From positions 160,001-224,000 of the forward strand of contig JBDHZC010000003.1 of NCBI GenBank assembly GCA_039811685.1: 64,000 bases of DNA. The letters are read 5' to 3'. Origin of the DNA: Armatimonadota bacterium. GTDB taxonomy: Bacteria; Armatimonadota; UBA5829; DSUL01. Each line of letters starts with the position of its first letter. The first letter of the stretch is position 1. A program made the position numbers and the translations under genes. The notes beneath the pieces were generated by a model. It searched no databases, was not told the DNA's origin, and saw only the letters and a list, made by a program, of their open reading frames with translations. Positions 20,275 to 27,469 of the stretch are shown piece by piece.

Positions 20275-22887
20275 ATGACCGACTACGAAGTTCTGGATAT
20301 CTCTGGTTTTTGCAGTGCGGGGGCAGACGTGCGTACGCAGGTGGACTATGAGCCTGCCGCCTGGCCGACGGACTACCGCGGAATTCCTTTTCGCTTCGTT
20401 CCAGATATGAAGTCGTGCTTTGTGTGCCTCGGGCGCCGGCCGGATAGCTCAGCGGTGGGCGCCAGCAAGATATCAATCCCCATCGGCAAGACAGCCAGAA
20501 ACGTCATCTTCGCCCACGCGATGCTGGAGAGTTTTCTGGAGCGCGGAGACAGTCTTGGCCGTACTGTGGGAATCTACACGTTCGTGTACGCGGATGGAAG
20601 CAGCGTCGAGGCGCCAATTCGGGAGCGCTTCGAGATTGCCGCTATTCCAATTCCCTGGGGCTTCCTGCCGTTCGCTTCGCTCCCGGACGGGCGCGACGGC
20701 CTGCACACGCGGGGGCCTGTTCCGCCGGGTGAGGCCGGAAATCGCCAGCAGGAGGTAGGGTTGGGATGGCCCGGAGACTACTATCTGTGGGTCTGGGAGA
20801 ACCCGCGGCCGGAAGTTCCTCTGGATCGTGTTGAGCTGAGAGCCGCCGAGCCTTCGGAGCGTTCACCGGGCCGGGCGGATGCGCTTGGACCGCACAGCCA
20901 GACGCTGGACGAATACGGTAACTTTCCCTTGCCAGGCTTCGTCGTCGGGGCCATCACTCTCGGGCATCTCGACGAGAAGCCGTTTCATCAGAGCGCGGCT
21001 GTTCCTGTGAAGCTGACTCTGCTCAGCCCGGAGCTCGCTCAGAAAAACTTCAACCTCGACGTTACTGTTGATCGAGGTGTCGCAACCTACGTCTACGCCT
21101 TGCCACTGGAGACTCCGGTCGCCTTTCTGGCGAGCGGCCACGCCGGATTCGGCGAGGAACAGAATCTGACAAGTTCGCCTGCGTACGTGGAGATCGCAGC
21201 GACGCCGTCAGCGACTCTCACCGTCAAGCAGGGCGAAGATGAAATTGCACAGGCGAATTGGGGTGAGATCGAGTCCAGGGGCAGCGTCGAGACGGAGCGC
21301 GTCAGAATCGAAGTCATTGAAAGCGGCCGAAACTGGGTGCATACCACCGTTCTGGATGCCGATACCGGAAAACCCGTTCCCTGCCGCATCCACTTTCGCT
21401 CACCACACGGCGTTCCGTACCAGCCGCACGGCCACCACGGGCACGTCAACTCAAATCTCGGAACCTGGCACATAGACATCGGCGGCGACGTGCGCCTGTC
21501 TCAGATTACCTACGCCTACATTGACGGAAAGTGTCAGGGCTGGCTACCCCGTGGTGAGGTCATCGTGGATGCCGCGCGGGGGTACGAATACGAACCACTG
21601 CGCCAGACTGTGACCATCCAGCCTGGACAAAGAGAGCTGACTCTTCGCCTGAAACGCAAGCACAACCTCAACGCCGAGCGCTACTTCAGCGGGGATACGC
21701 ACGTCCACTTTCTGTCTTCGCAGGGCGCGCTGCTGGAAGCGTCCGGCGAAGACCTGGACGTCGTCAACCTCCTTCAGTCCCAGTGGGGACATCTGTTCAC
21801 CAACACCGAAGAGTTCACCGGGAAGCCCCACGTTTCGGGTGACAAAGAGACGATCGTCTATGCAACGCAGGAAAACCGCCAGCACATTCTCGGGCACCTT
21901 ACGCTGCTCGGTCTGAAGGAGCCTGTCATGCCCTGGTGTTCTGATGGTCCGGGCGAGGCCGAAATGGGAGGGAATCTGGAAACGACCCTGTCCCGCTGGG
22001 CGGACGTATGCCACGCTCAGGGTGGCACCGTCGTTATCCCTCACATGCCCAATCCGAACGCAGAGCCCGCTGTGCTCATAGCGACAGGCCGCGCAGACGC
22101 TGTCGAGATGATTGCGCAGAACATGTTCTTGCACGTGGACTATTACCGCTATCTGAACGCCGGATACCGCTTGCCCATCACAGGCGGGACCGACAAGATG
22201 GACGCGGGTGTTCCGGTGGGTCTGTACCGCACGTACGCCTGGATCCCGCCGGACGAGGAGTTCACTTATGACAACTGGTTGAAGGCCCTTCGCAGCGGAA
22301 ACACCTTCATCTCCGGAGGACCGCTGCTGCGCTTCAAAGTGAACGGACAGACGATGGGTTCAACCATTCATCTTGGCAGGGATGGGGGCACTCTCGACGT
22401 GGAGTGTAGCGCGTCGAGCATCATTCCTGTCCATACGCTGCAGATTGTGCAGGGCGGGGAGGTAGTCGCGCATACGCAGGAATCTGCGGGTGCGAAAGAA
22501 TTGACGCTGCGCGCGCAACTGAAGATAGACGGATCCACCTGGCTGTGCGCGCGCTGTGGGGGACCGGATTATCACATCGAATCCGCACCAGCAGGAAAGG
22601 CAGTGCGGCACTTTGACTCGTGGCGGCGCGCGGTGTGCGCGCATACGTCTCCCGTTTACATCCAGGTAGGCGAAACCTACGACGTCTGTAGCCCCGCTTC
22701 ACTCCAATACATGCTGACGCTTGTGGATGGCAGCCTGCAGCACATTCGTCGCGCGCCTCAGTGGAAGCCCGGGCACGTCACGCATCACCACCACTCCCAC
22801 GACCATCTAGAATATCTGGAGGGTCCACTGCGCGAGGCGGCTCAGGCCATCCACAAGAAGATGCACGAGCACGGAATCCCGCACTAG
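20275..22887 (+). CDS. CehA/McbA family (PHP-like) metallohydrolase
   Basis: SGDTHVH, QENR..LGH, PH, YYRYLNAG, GGTD, LRSGNTFISGGP, AHTSPVY. Confidence 0.8.
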   Translation: MTDYEVLDISGFCSAGADVRTQVDYEPAAWPTDYRGIPFRFVPDMKSCFVCLGRRPDSSAVGASKISIPIGKTARNVIFAHAMLESFLERGDSLGRTVGIYTFVYADGSSVEAPIRERFEIAAIPIPWGFLPFASLPDGRDGLHTRGPVPPGEAGNRQQEVGLGWPGDYYLWVWENPRPEVPLDRVELRAAEPSERSPGRADALGPHSQTLDEYGNFPLPGFVVGAITLGHLDEKPFHQSAAVPVKLTLLSPELAQKNFNLDVTVDRGVATYVYALPLETPVAFLASGHAGFGEEQNLTSSPAYVEIAATPSATLTVKQGEDEIAQANWGEIESRGSVETERVRIEVIESGRNWVHTTVLDADTGKPVPCRIHFRSPHGVPYQPHGHHGHVNSNLGTWHIDIGGDVRLSQITYAYIDGKCQGWLPRGEVIVDAARGYEYEPLRQTVTIQPGQRELTLRLKRKHNLNAERYFSGDTHVHFLSSQGALLEASGEDLDVVNLLQSQWGHLFTNTEEFTGKPHVSGDKETIVYATQENRQHILGHLTLLGLKEPVMPWCSDGPGEAEMGGNLETTLSRWADVCHAQGGTVVIPHMPNPNAEPAVLIATGRADAVEMIAQNMFLHVDYYRYLNAGYRLPITGGTDKMDAGVPVGLYRTYAWIPPDEEFTYDNWLKALRSGNTFISGGPLLRFKVNGQTMGSTIHLGRDGGTLDVECSASSIIPVHTLQIVQGGEVVAHTQESAGAKELTLRAQLKIDGSTWLCARCGGPDYHIESAPAGKAVRHFDSWRRAVCAHTSPVYIQVGETYDVCSPASLQYMLTLVDGSLQHIRRAPQWKPGHVTHHHHSHDHLEYLEGPLREAAQAIHKKMHEHGIPH

Positions 22888-22913
22888 ACTTCTGCGGAGA
22901 GTGCGCCGCTTAC

Positions 22914-22941
22914 CATCCCTCCAGGTTTCCCAACCTGGAGG
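22914..22941 (+). repeat. REP-like hairpin family A, copy 1
   Basis: CATCCCTCCAGGTTTCCCAACCTGGAGG, followed by AGGAGGTG-7nt-GTG. Confidence 0.85.
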
Positions 22942-22995
22942 TCCGCCGGGCAGGAGGTGAGGACGGGTGGCTGATCGAAGGAAGCTCTAGGTATT

Positions 22996-23029
22996 TCATC
23001 CCTCCAGGTTTCCCAACCTGGAGGGATGA
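22996..23029 (+). repeat. REP-like hairpin family A, copy 2 (perfect 15-bp stem)
   Basis: TCATCCCTCCAGGTT-TCCC-AACCTGGAGGGATGA. Confidence 0.9.
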
Positions 23030-23062
23030 CCCTGCCTTGTCCGGGTTCTGGAAGTCTCAATG

Positions 23063-23090
23063 TCCAACCCTCACATTCCGAAATACCTAC
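23063..23090 (-). repeat. GTAG-footed repeat family C, left copy
   Basis: TCCAACCCTCACATTCCGAAATACCTAC is the near reverse complement of GTAGGTATTTCGGGATTTGAAGGTTGGA at 23615. Confidence 0.8.
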
Positions 23091-23143
23091 GGTGCAGGCA
23101 GTTGTAGTGGCTGGGATCGGTCCTATACGTGGTAGTCAGCGCG

Positions 23144-23605
23144 ATGCGTGAAAACAGCGAGGCACTCGTCGCGGGGCTGGCGTTGGCGGCTGTGCTGCAG
23201 TCCTCCATCTTCTACTTCCAGCTTTGGCGGCCACGCCTGGAGCGCATGCGGCTGCTGCAGGGCCGTAGTGTTCTTAGCCAATGGGAACTGGCGGAGCTTT
23301 TTGCCATCGCCGGCGCATCAGGGCTGTCAGTAGCGGCGAACTTAGCCGTGATCGGCAGATACCTTCACGTGCACTCTGGTTGCCTCAGGCCGACAGATAG
23401 ACTGGCCGACTTATACTGCGTGTCCCCTTTTGCCATCAAGTACATAGGCTTAATAGACTCCGACATCTTTCGCTGCAAAGAAGCGATACGGGACCGGGTC
23501 GAGCGCCAGCACCGCTTTCGTACCTGTCTGGTGGGGGATGTAGTGGAGCAACTGCCGCTTTCCGTACTGCTAAGCGGCCTTGAGCAGCAGAGCGTTCGCC
23601 TGTGA
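23144..23605 (+). CDS. Hypothetical membrane-anchored protein (immunity-like cargo)
   Basis: N-terminal TM; lies between the inverted family-C repeats; alternative GTG start at 23129. Confidence 0.55.
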   Translation: MRENSEALVAGLALAAVLQSSIFYFQLWRPRLERMRLLQGRSVLSQWELAELFAIAGASGLSVAANLAVIGRYLHVHSGCLRPTDRLADLYCVSPFAIKYIGLIDSDIFRCKEAIRDRVERQHRFRTCLVGDVVEQLPLSVLLSGLEQQSVRL

Positions 23606-23614
23606 ACTGAGGCT

Positions 23615-23698
23615 GTAGGTATTTCGGGATTTGAAGGTTGGACGTGAGAACCATCACATCTCTGGGGAGTTACGGCTCCAACCTGGAAATCCCGAAAT
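23615..23698 (+). repeat. GTAG-footed repeat family C, right copy (long hairpin)
   Basis: GTAGGT-ATTTCGGGATTTGAAGGTTGGA ~34-nt loop TCCAACCTGGAAATCCCGAAAT. Confidence 0.8.
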
Positions 23699-23750
23699 GA
23701 GGGGGACGCCGTGAAATGGAAGAGCATTGACACTGGCGCAGGCTGCTACT
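23699..23750 (+). pseudogene. 5' remnant of a second RAYT-like gene (SD + GTG + KWKSIDTGAGCY)
   Basis: GAGGGGG-ACGCC-GTG AAA TGG...; 34 bp identical to 25307..25340, which continues into a RAYT-like N-terminus. Confidence 0.6.
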
Positions 23751-23761
23751 GCGTCTTACTG

Positions 23762-23792
23762 CCTCCAGGTTCGGAACCCTGGATGGATGAAA
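23762..23792 (-). repeat. REP-like hairpin family A, degenerate reverse copy
   Basis: CCTCCAGGTTCGGAACCCTGGATGGATGAAA. Confidence 0.75.
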
Positions 23793-23963
23793 AGACTCGA
23801 TCTTTTCGACTGCAGAGCAGGGGGACCAACCGGATGGTTCAACCCTTACATGGGGGAGAACATGGAGTACAATGCTCTGGGCACGCTGTGTGGATACAAC
23901 GTGTTCCAATCCTGTGACAATTGTTGTAAGAGCCTGTGCGGCTGTGTCTTTGGACACTGGTGA
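23793..23963 (+). pseudogene. Orphan Cys-rich C-terminal fragment (toxin-tip-like)
   Basis: ...LCGYNVFQSCDNCCKSLCGCVFGHW*; no convincing native start after the repeat; stop lies 1 nt before the lipoprotein ATG. Confidence 0.45.
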
Positions 23964-23964
23964 C

Positions 23965-24324
23965 ATGAGAATCTTACGCGTTTTTCTTGTCTTGCTCACC
24001 GCCGGCATAGCCGTTTGTGGTTGCGCTCAACGGTCTCGCCCGCCGTCCGGCGATATTCCATACTACGTGACGCTTGTCGGCCACCCACGTTCAGACGTGG
24101 ACCGAATCATGAGGCTGGGCGGTGGCCAGTACGTGCGTAGCTACAAATCAGAGAAGGAGTTTGCCGCGTTCAAGCGTACGATCTCTCCGCTGACGGACAA
24201 GACGCTGGACGGGGAGGTTATGCAGTACCACCTTGGAGGCGACCTTGGCAATGGGGTCTTACTGGTCTTCTTGGACCACCGGGGCACGGTTACGGCCATT
24301 CATTGGGCCGTCGACCGATTCTAA
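23965..24324 (+). CDS. Small hypothetical lipoprotein (immunity-like)
   Basis: MRILRVFLVLLTAGIAVCGC lipoprotein signal; 119 aa; tightly coupled to the upstream Cys-rich tail. Confidence 0.7.
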   Translation: MRILRVFLVLLTAGIAVCGCAQRSRPPSGDIPYYVTLVGHPRSDVDRIMRLGGGQYVRSYKSEKEFAAFKRTISPLTDKTLDGEVMQYHLGGDLGNGVLLVFLDHRGTVTAIHWAVDRF

Positions 24325-24331
24325 GGAGCCA

Positions 24332-24406
24332 AATGGAGAGTTGGTAGCCAGAGCCTACCCCAGCGGAGGAGGGCAGTACTACTTCTTCGACTGGCTGGGC
24401 TCGACC
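24332..24406 (+). pseudogene. RHS-core fragment
   Basis: NGELVARAYPSGGGQYYFFDWLGST resembles the RHS core YYxxDxLGS motif. Confidence 0.55.
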
Positions 24407-24457
24407 ATCGCGCATGCGCCATTAACGGAAGGGACACGCACGGATCGTCTGTATTTC

Positions 24458-24485
24458 CATCCCTCCAGGTGTCCTCACCTGGAGG
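24458..24485 (+). repeat. REP-like hairpin family A, copy with compensatory stem change
   Basis: CATCCCTCCAGGTG-TCCT-CACCTGGAGG (a G-C pair replaces T-A). Confidence 0.85.
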
Positions 24486-24558
24486 AGGCGACGGGACGGA
24501 CTTAGGTACGTACGCCTGGTAACCCGCTGGGAGCCAGCGGGACCGGAGGAGGCTTTCA

Positions 24559-24624
24559 GATGCTGCGGGAATGGCAAACCTCACCAGCGTGTCGACTGAC
24601 TGAAACTGAAATTCCCGCAGCCAC
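24559..24624 (+). repeat. Long palindromic repeat family B, left flank of RAYT
   Basis: GATGCTGCGGGAAT...ATTCCCGCAGCCAC. Confidence 0.85.
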
Positions 24625-24667
24625 TCCGGACTCACCGTGCAGCCGGCGGCTGTGGTATCATAGCCTC

Positions 24668-25276
24668 GTGAGCAACCAGCGCTACCGGAACAGCTACATC
24701 GACGGGTGCTCCCACTTCGTAACAGCGAGCGTCGCCGGCTTCGCGCCGCTTCTGGCGTCCGATACCGGGCGGCAGACGGTTCTGCGATCGTGGAGCCACT
24801 GCCGGGGCAGGTATGGTGTCCTGATCGAGGGCTTCGTGATCATGCCGGAGCACATTCATGTCCTTGTGCGAGGGAAGGCGAAGCCTGTCGAACAATTCAT
24901 CCAGTACAGCCTGCAGCGTTCGGCACGTCATCTGCGGGAAGTATATGTCGCCGCGGCACGGGGTGGTGACCCGGCTGCGGCAGCGCTGGTGGAGCACATA
25001 CACAGTCTGGGTCGGGTCTGGAAGGAGCGGGCGCGCTGCGTGGCGCTGTCGCGGGCCGAAGATGTGCTGGGGAAGCTCGAGTACATGCACAACAACCCGG
25101 TGAAGCGCGGGCTGGTGGTGGCGCCGGGCCAGTGGGCGTGGTCGAGTTGGGCAAACTACTACGGCGGTGAGCCGGTGCTGGAGATCACGCCTGCTCTGGG
25201 CTTCGACGAACCGGTGACCCTCGCGGCGTCGCAGGTGGCTGCGGGAATTGAGGCCAGTGGAGGACGAGGGGCATGA
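24668..25276 (+). mobile_element. REP-associated tyrosine transposase (RAYT/TnpA-REP, Y1 HUH family)
   Basis: HFVT near the N-terminus, HUH motif VIMPEHIH, KLEYMHNNPVKRGLV...WAWSS with catalytic Tyr; flanked by inverted family-B repeats; no tnpB. Confidence 0.9.
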
Positions 25277-25300
25277 GAAGTCTGTCATTCCCGCAGCATC
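25235..25300 (-). repeat. Long palindromic repeat family B, right flank of RAYT (inverted, overlaps gene end)
   Basis: GTGGCTGCGGGAAT...TGTCATTCCCGCAGCATC. Confidence 0.85.
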
Positions 25301-25306
25301 AAAAAG

Positions 25307-25410
25307 TGGAAGAGCATTGACACTGGCGCAGGCTGCTACTATTTCACCAGCGCCTGCTCGGAGTGGCTCCCAACCTTGGACCTCCCGGACGGATGCGACA
25401 CAGTGTGCGT
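25307..25410 (+). pseudogene. Truncated N-terminus of a second, divergent RAYT
   Basis: WKSIDTGAGCYYFTSACSEWLPTLDLPDGCDTVC aligns without gaps to the intact RAYT's YRNSYIDGCSHFVTASVAGFAPLLASDTGRQTVL. Confidence 0.6.
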
Positions 25411-25456
25411 TTTCAAAGTATTGACTGCCGGCGCTTTAATACGAGGGAGGCCGAAG

Positions 25457-25579
25457 GTGAAGAGAAGAAATGAACGGCTATGGGACCAGATTCTGCTGTG
25501 GCTTATGCTGCTTGCCATGCTGGCAATTGCGGCGTCAATCATGGTACCTGCCTACCGCCTTACGCTTGAAAGTCGGTAG
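25457..25579 (+). CDS. Possible 40-aa single-TM peptide or truncated membrane gene
   Basis: GGGAGG SD before GTG 25457; KRRNERLWDQILLWLMLLAMLAIAASIMVP. Confidence 0.35.
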   Translation: MKRRNERLWDQILLWLMLLAMLAIAASIMVPAYRLTLESR

Positions 25580-25749
25580 TGCACCCCAGGTAGAGCCGTC
25601 AGGCTCAGGAGCCGGCGTCCGGCTCTGCGGCGACGGACATTGATTGGGAGTGGTCAAGCGCCAGAGCGTATGCCAGGCAGCAGACGGTGGAGACCGACGA
25701 TAGCCTTGACGCACTTAGCGGGGGATGAGACTATGACTACGACCTTTGG

Positions 25750-25778
25750 CCTCCAGGTTGGGAAACCTGGAGGGATGA
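25750..25778 (-). repeat. REP-like hairpin family A, exact reverse copy
   Basis: CCTCCAGGTTGGGAAACCTGGAGGGATGA. Confidence 0.9.
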
Positions 25779-25799
25779 GGTAGCAATCATTATGGACGA

Positions 25800-26207
25800 G
25801 TGGGGGCTGTGACGACGGCGACAATTGACCAGGACGAGGCCGCCAAGCTGGACGCTCTGCAACGCGAGTTGAGTTGTTCTCGGCGACTCCGTTTGCGCTC
25901 CGTACTTGTTGCTATCTTCTTCTTTCCGATTGTCCTGCTGGTATTCTTCATTGAACGCCGACCCGCGGTTTCGCTGCTGATGTTTCTGATCTTTGTCGTC
26001 TACGGGACCAATGCGCTACAGCCGGTGGCCTCTCACTCAGCGCTTCGGATTCTGAAAACGCTACGACCTTCTCGTGATAGCCGCACAGTGAGTGTTCTGT
26101 TCGATGCTATGCAGTATTACTCTCTCGCACCAGCAGCCAAGGAACAGCTTATGCGACTGCTTTTGGAGGGCGACGGTTATGATGCTCACGATCAGCAGCC
26201 ACCTTGA
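25800..26207 (+). CDS. Hypothetical 2-TM membrane protein (immunity-like; possibly 3'-truncated)
   Basis: Two hydrophobic helices followed by a short helical segment; immediately downstream of a family-A repeat. Confidence 0.55.
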   Translation: MGAVTTATIDQDEAAKLDALQRELSCSRRLRLRSVLVAIFFFPIVLLVFFIERRPAVSLLMFLIFVVYGTNALQPVASHSALRILKTLRPSRDSRTVSVLFDAMQYYSLAPAAKEQLMRLLLEGDGYDAHDQQPP

Positions 26208-26208
26208 C

Positions 26209-26440
26209 GTTGCCAAGTGGTATGACCCGGCGGGCAATCGGCGGCCAGCCAGCGACCACAGGTACAATACGTATAACGCGGCAGACATGTTGCTGGCGAA
26301 CGGCCTGAACGGCGATACGCTCTCCGGAAGTGGGCGATCCAACGTCTGGGATTCGCAGAAACGGCTTGCGTAGAACCGCCACCTTGGGTGGCGTCATGAC
26401 GCAGTGCATCCTCGACGGGCAGAGCGTAGTGCAGGAGATA
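26209..26440 (+). pseudogene. RHS/YD-repeat fragments
   Basis: YDPAGNR...YNAADML...NGDTLSGSGRSNVWDSQKRL*, then in another frame ILDGQSVVQE; YD-repeat-like patterns with deletions and stops. Confidence 0.65.
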
Positions 26441-26444
26441 TTTA

Positions 26445-26616
26445 GACGCTGCGGGAATGGCAAATCTCGCCAGCGTGTCGGGCGACTGGAAACCGAAATT
26501 CCCGCAGCATCAAAAAGGAGGGGGACGCCGTGGAGTGGAAGAGCATTCAGATGCTGCGGGAATGGTGAATCTCACCGTTGTGACGAACGACTGGAAACCG
26601 AAATTCCCGCAGCATC
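26445..26616 (+). repeat. Tandem pair of family-B palindromes (26445..26511, 26550..26616) separated by a RAYT 5' remnant
   Basis: GA(C/T)GCTGCGGGAATGG...GACTGGAAACCGAAATTCCCGCAGCATC twice; spacer AAAAAGGAGGGGGACGCCGTGGAGTGGAAGAGCATT. Confidence 0.88.
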
Positions 26617-26652
26617 AAGAGCGCCGGATGAAAGGCTGCGCTTGCAGACCGG

Positions 26653-27330
26653 TCACGGCGAGGACGGCCGCAGGCGCCATTCTCGTTTGATATGCTTTGA
26701 GAGGATGACACGGTACGCGGGATGGTAGGCTCTCGCGTAAACCTCGGTGTGGCTGACTGCAGGATACCCGGCCTTCTTCATTCGCGTGTCCAGCTCTTGC
26801 CAGTCCTCGAACGTTATCTGCATTATCCGGCGCTTTTTCAGTCGCTCTCCGAGAAGCTGCCACTGCTTGATAAAGCCGGTTTTATCTGCGCGGAACTCGT
26901 TTGCTGATGCGAGGAACGCCGCCAGCACGGCTTCCTCCGAAATCCCCTGTGCTTTGGCCACTGCCAGGTTCAAGCGAACGAGTCGGCCGTCGGGCCTGAG
27001 CGCGACGATGAGCTTCTCGCCGGGATCGGGCTTGCGGAGGCCGTTCCACTCTCTGTCCAGCCAGGCGCGCGCGCCCTCAGGGTCGGATACAGCGTGTTCG
27101 CCGCCCATATTCGCCTGAAACAGCCACTTGTAGGCATCCTGCACCTGCATCGAGGGCGTGCTCTTCCATGCCTTCACATACCAGTCCAGGCCCGGTGCGC
27201 AGGCGACAGCACCGGGCAGAATCAGGCAGAAGAGTATTGCTGTCAAGAGAGGTTTCGTGTTGACCACGTTTTTGCTTTTCGCTTTGGAGCTCGCTGGAAC
27301 GAACGGGTCGAGGGACATGCGCCCTCCCAC
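26653..27330 (-). CDS. Conserved hypothetical exported protein
   Basis: Signal-like hydrophobic stretch; QDAYKWLFQANMGGEH...PAVSHTEVY...YHPAYRV look like conserved motifs; start uncertain (27318 or 27267). Confidence 0.7.
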   Translation of the reverse strand: MGGRMSLDPFVPASSKAKSKNVVNTKPLLTAILFCLILPGAVACAPGLDWYVKAWKSTPSMQVQDAYKWLFQANMGGEHAVSDPEGARAWLDREWNGLRKPDPGEKLIVALRPDGRLVRLNLAVAKAQGISEEAVLAAFLASANEFRADKTGFIKQWQLLGERLKKRRIMQITFEDWQELDTRMKKAGYPAVSHTEVYARAYHPAYRVILSKHIKREWRLRPSSP

Positions 27331-27370
27331 CTGTCTACTTTCTTGACCTTCGCCATCTGGAATGTGTTTT

Positions 27371-27434
27371 CATCCCTCCATGTTTCCCAACCCGGAGGCC
27401 CATCGCGCGGGCAGGAGGTGAGGTCGAGTGGCTG
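27371..27434 (+). repeat. REP-like hairpin family A plus SD/GTG tail; degenerate direct repeat of 22914..22973
   Basis: CATCCCTCCATGTTTCCCAACCCGGAGG...GGGCAGGAGGTGAGGTCGAGTGGCTG. Confidence 0.8.
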
Positions 27435-27469
27435 GAGAAAGTATCTCTCGACCGCGCAGCACTGCCCGT

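Noticed and set aside
23030..23135. Toxin tail upstream of the 23144 gene
   Set aside because: Much of the apparent peptide (CPTLTFRNTY) is translation of the family-C repeat; the remaining ~14 codons are too few to call.
24668..25276. IS605-type element with tnpB
   Set aside because: No TnpB/IscB ORF is adjacent, and the NPVKRGLV..W.WSS C-terminus is RAYT-like.
22914..27434. CRISPR array
   Set aside because: Repeats occur in both orientations at irregular, mostly gene-sized spacing, and there are no cas genes in the window.
22914..27434. Classical integron with attC sites
   Set aside because: No tyrosine-recombinase intI gene, and the palindromes lack RYYYAAC/GTTRRRY ends. The only recombination enzyme is an HUH transposase.
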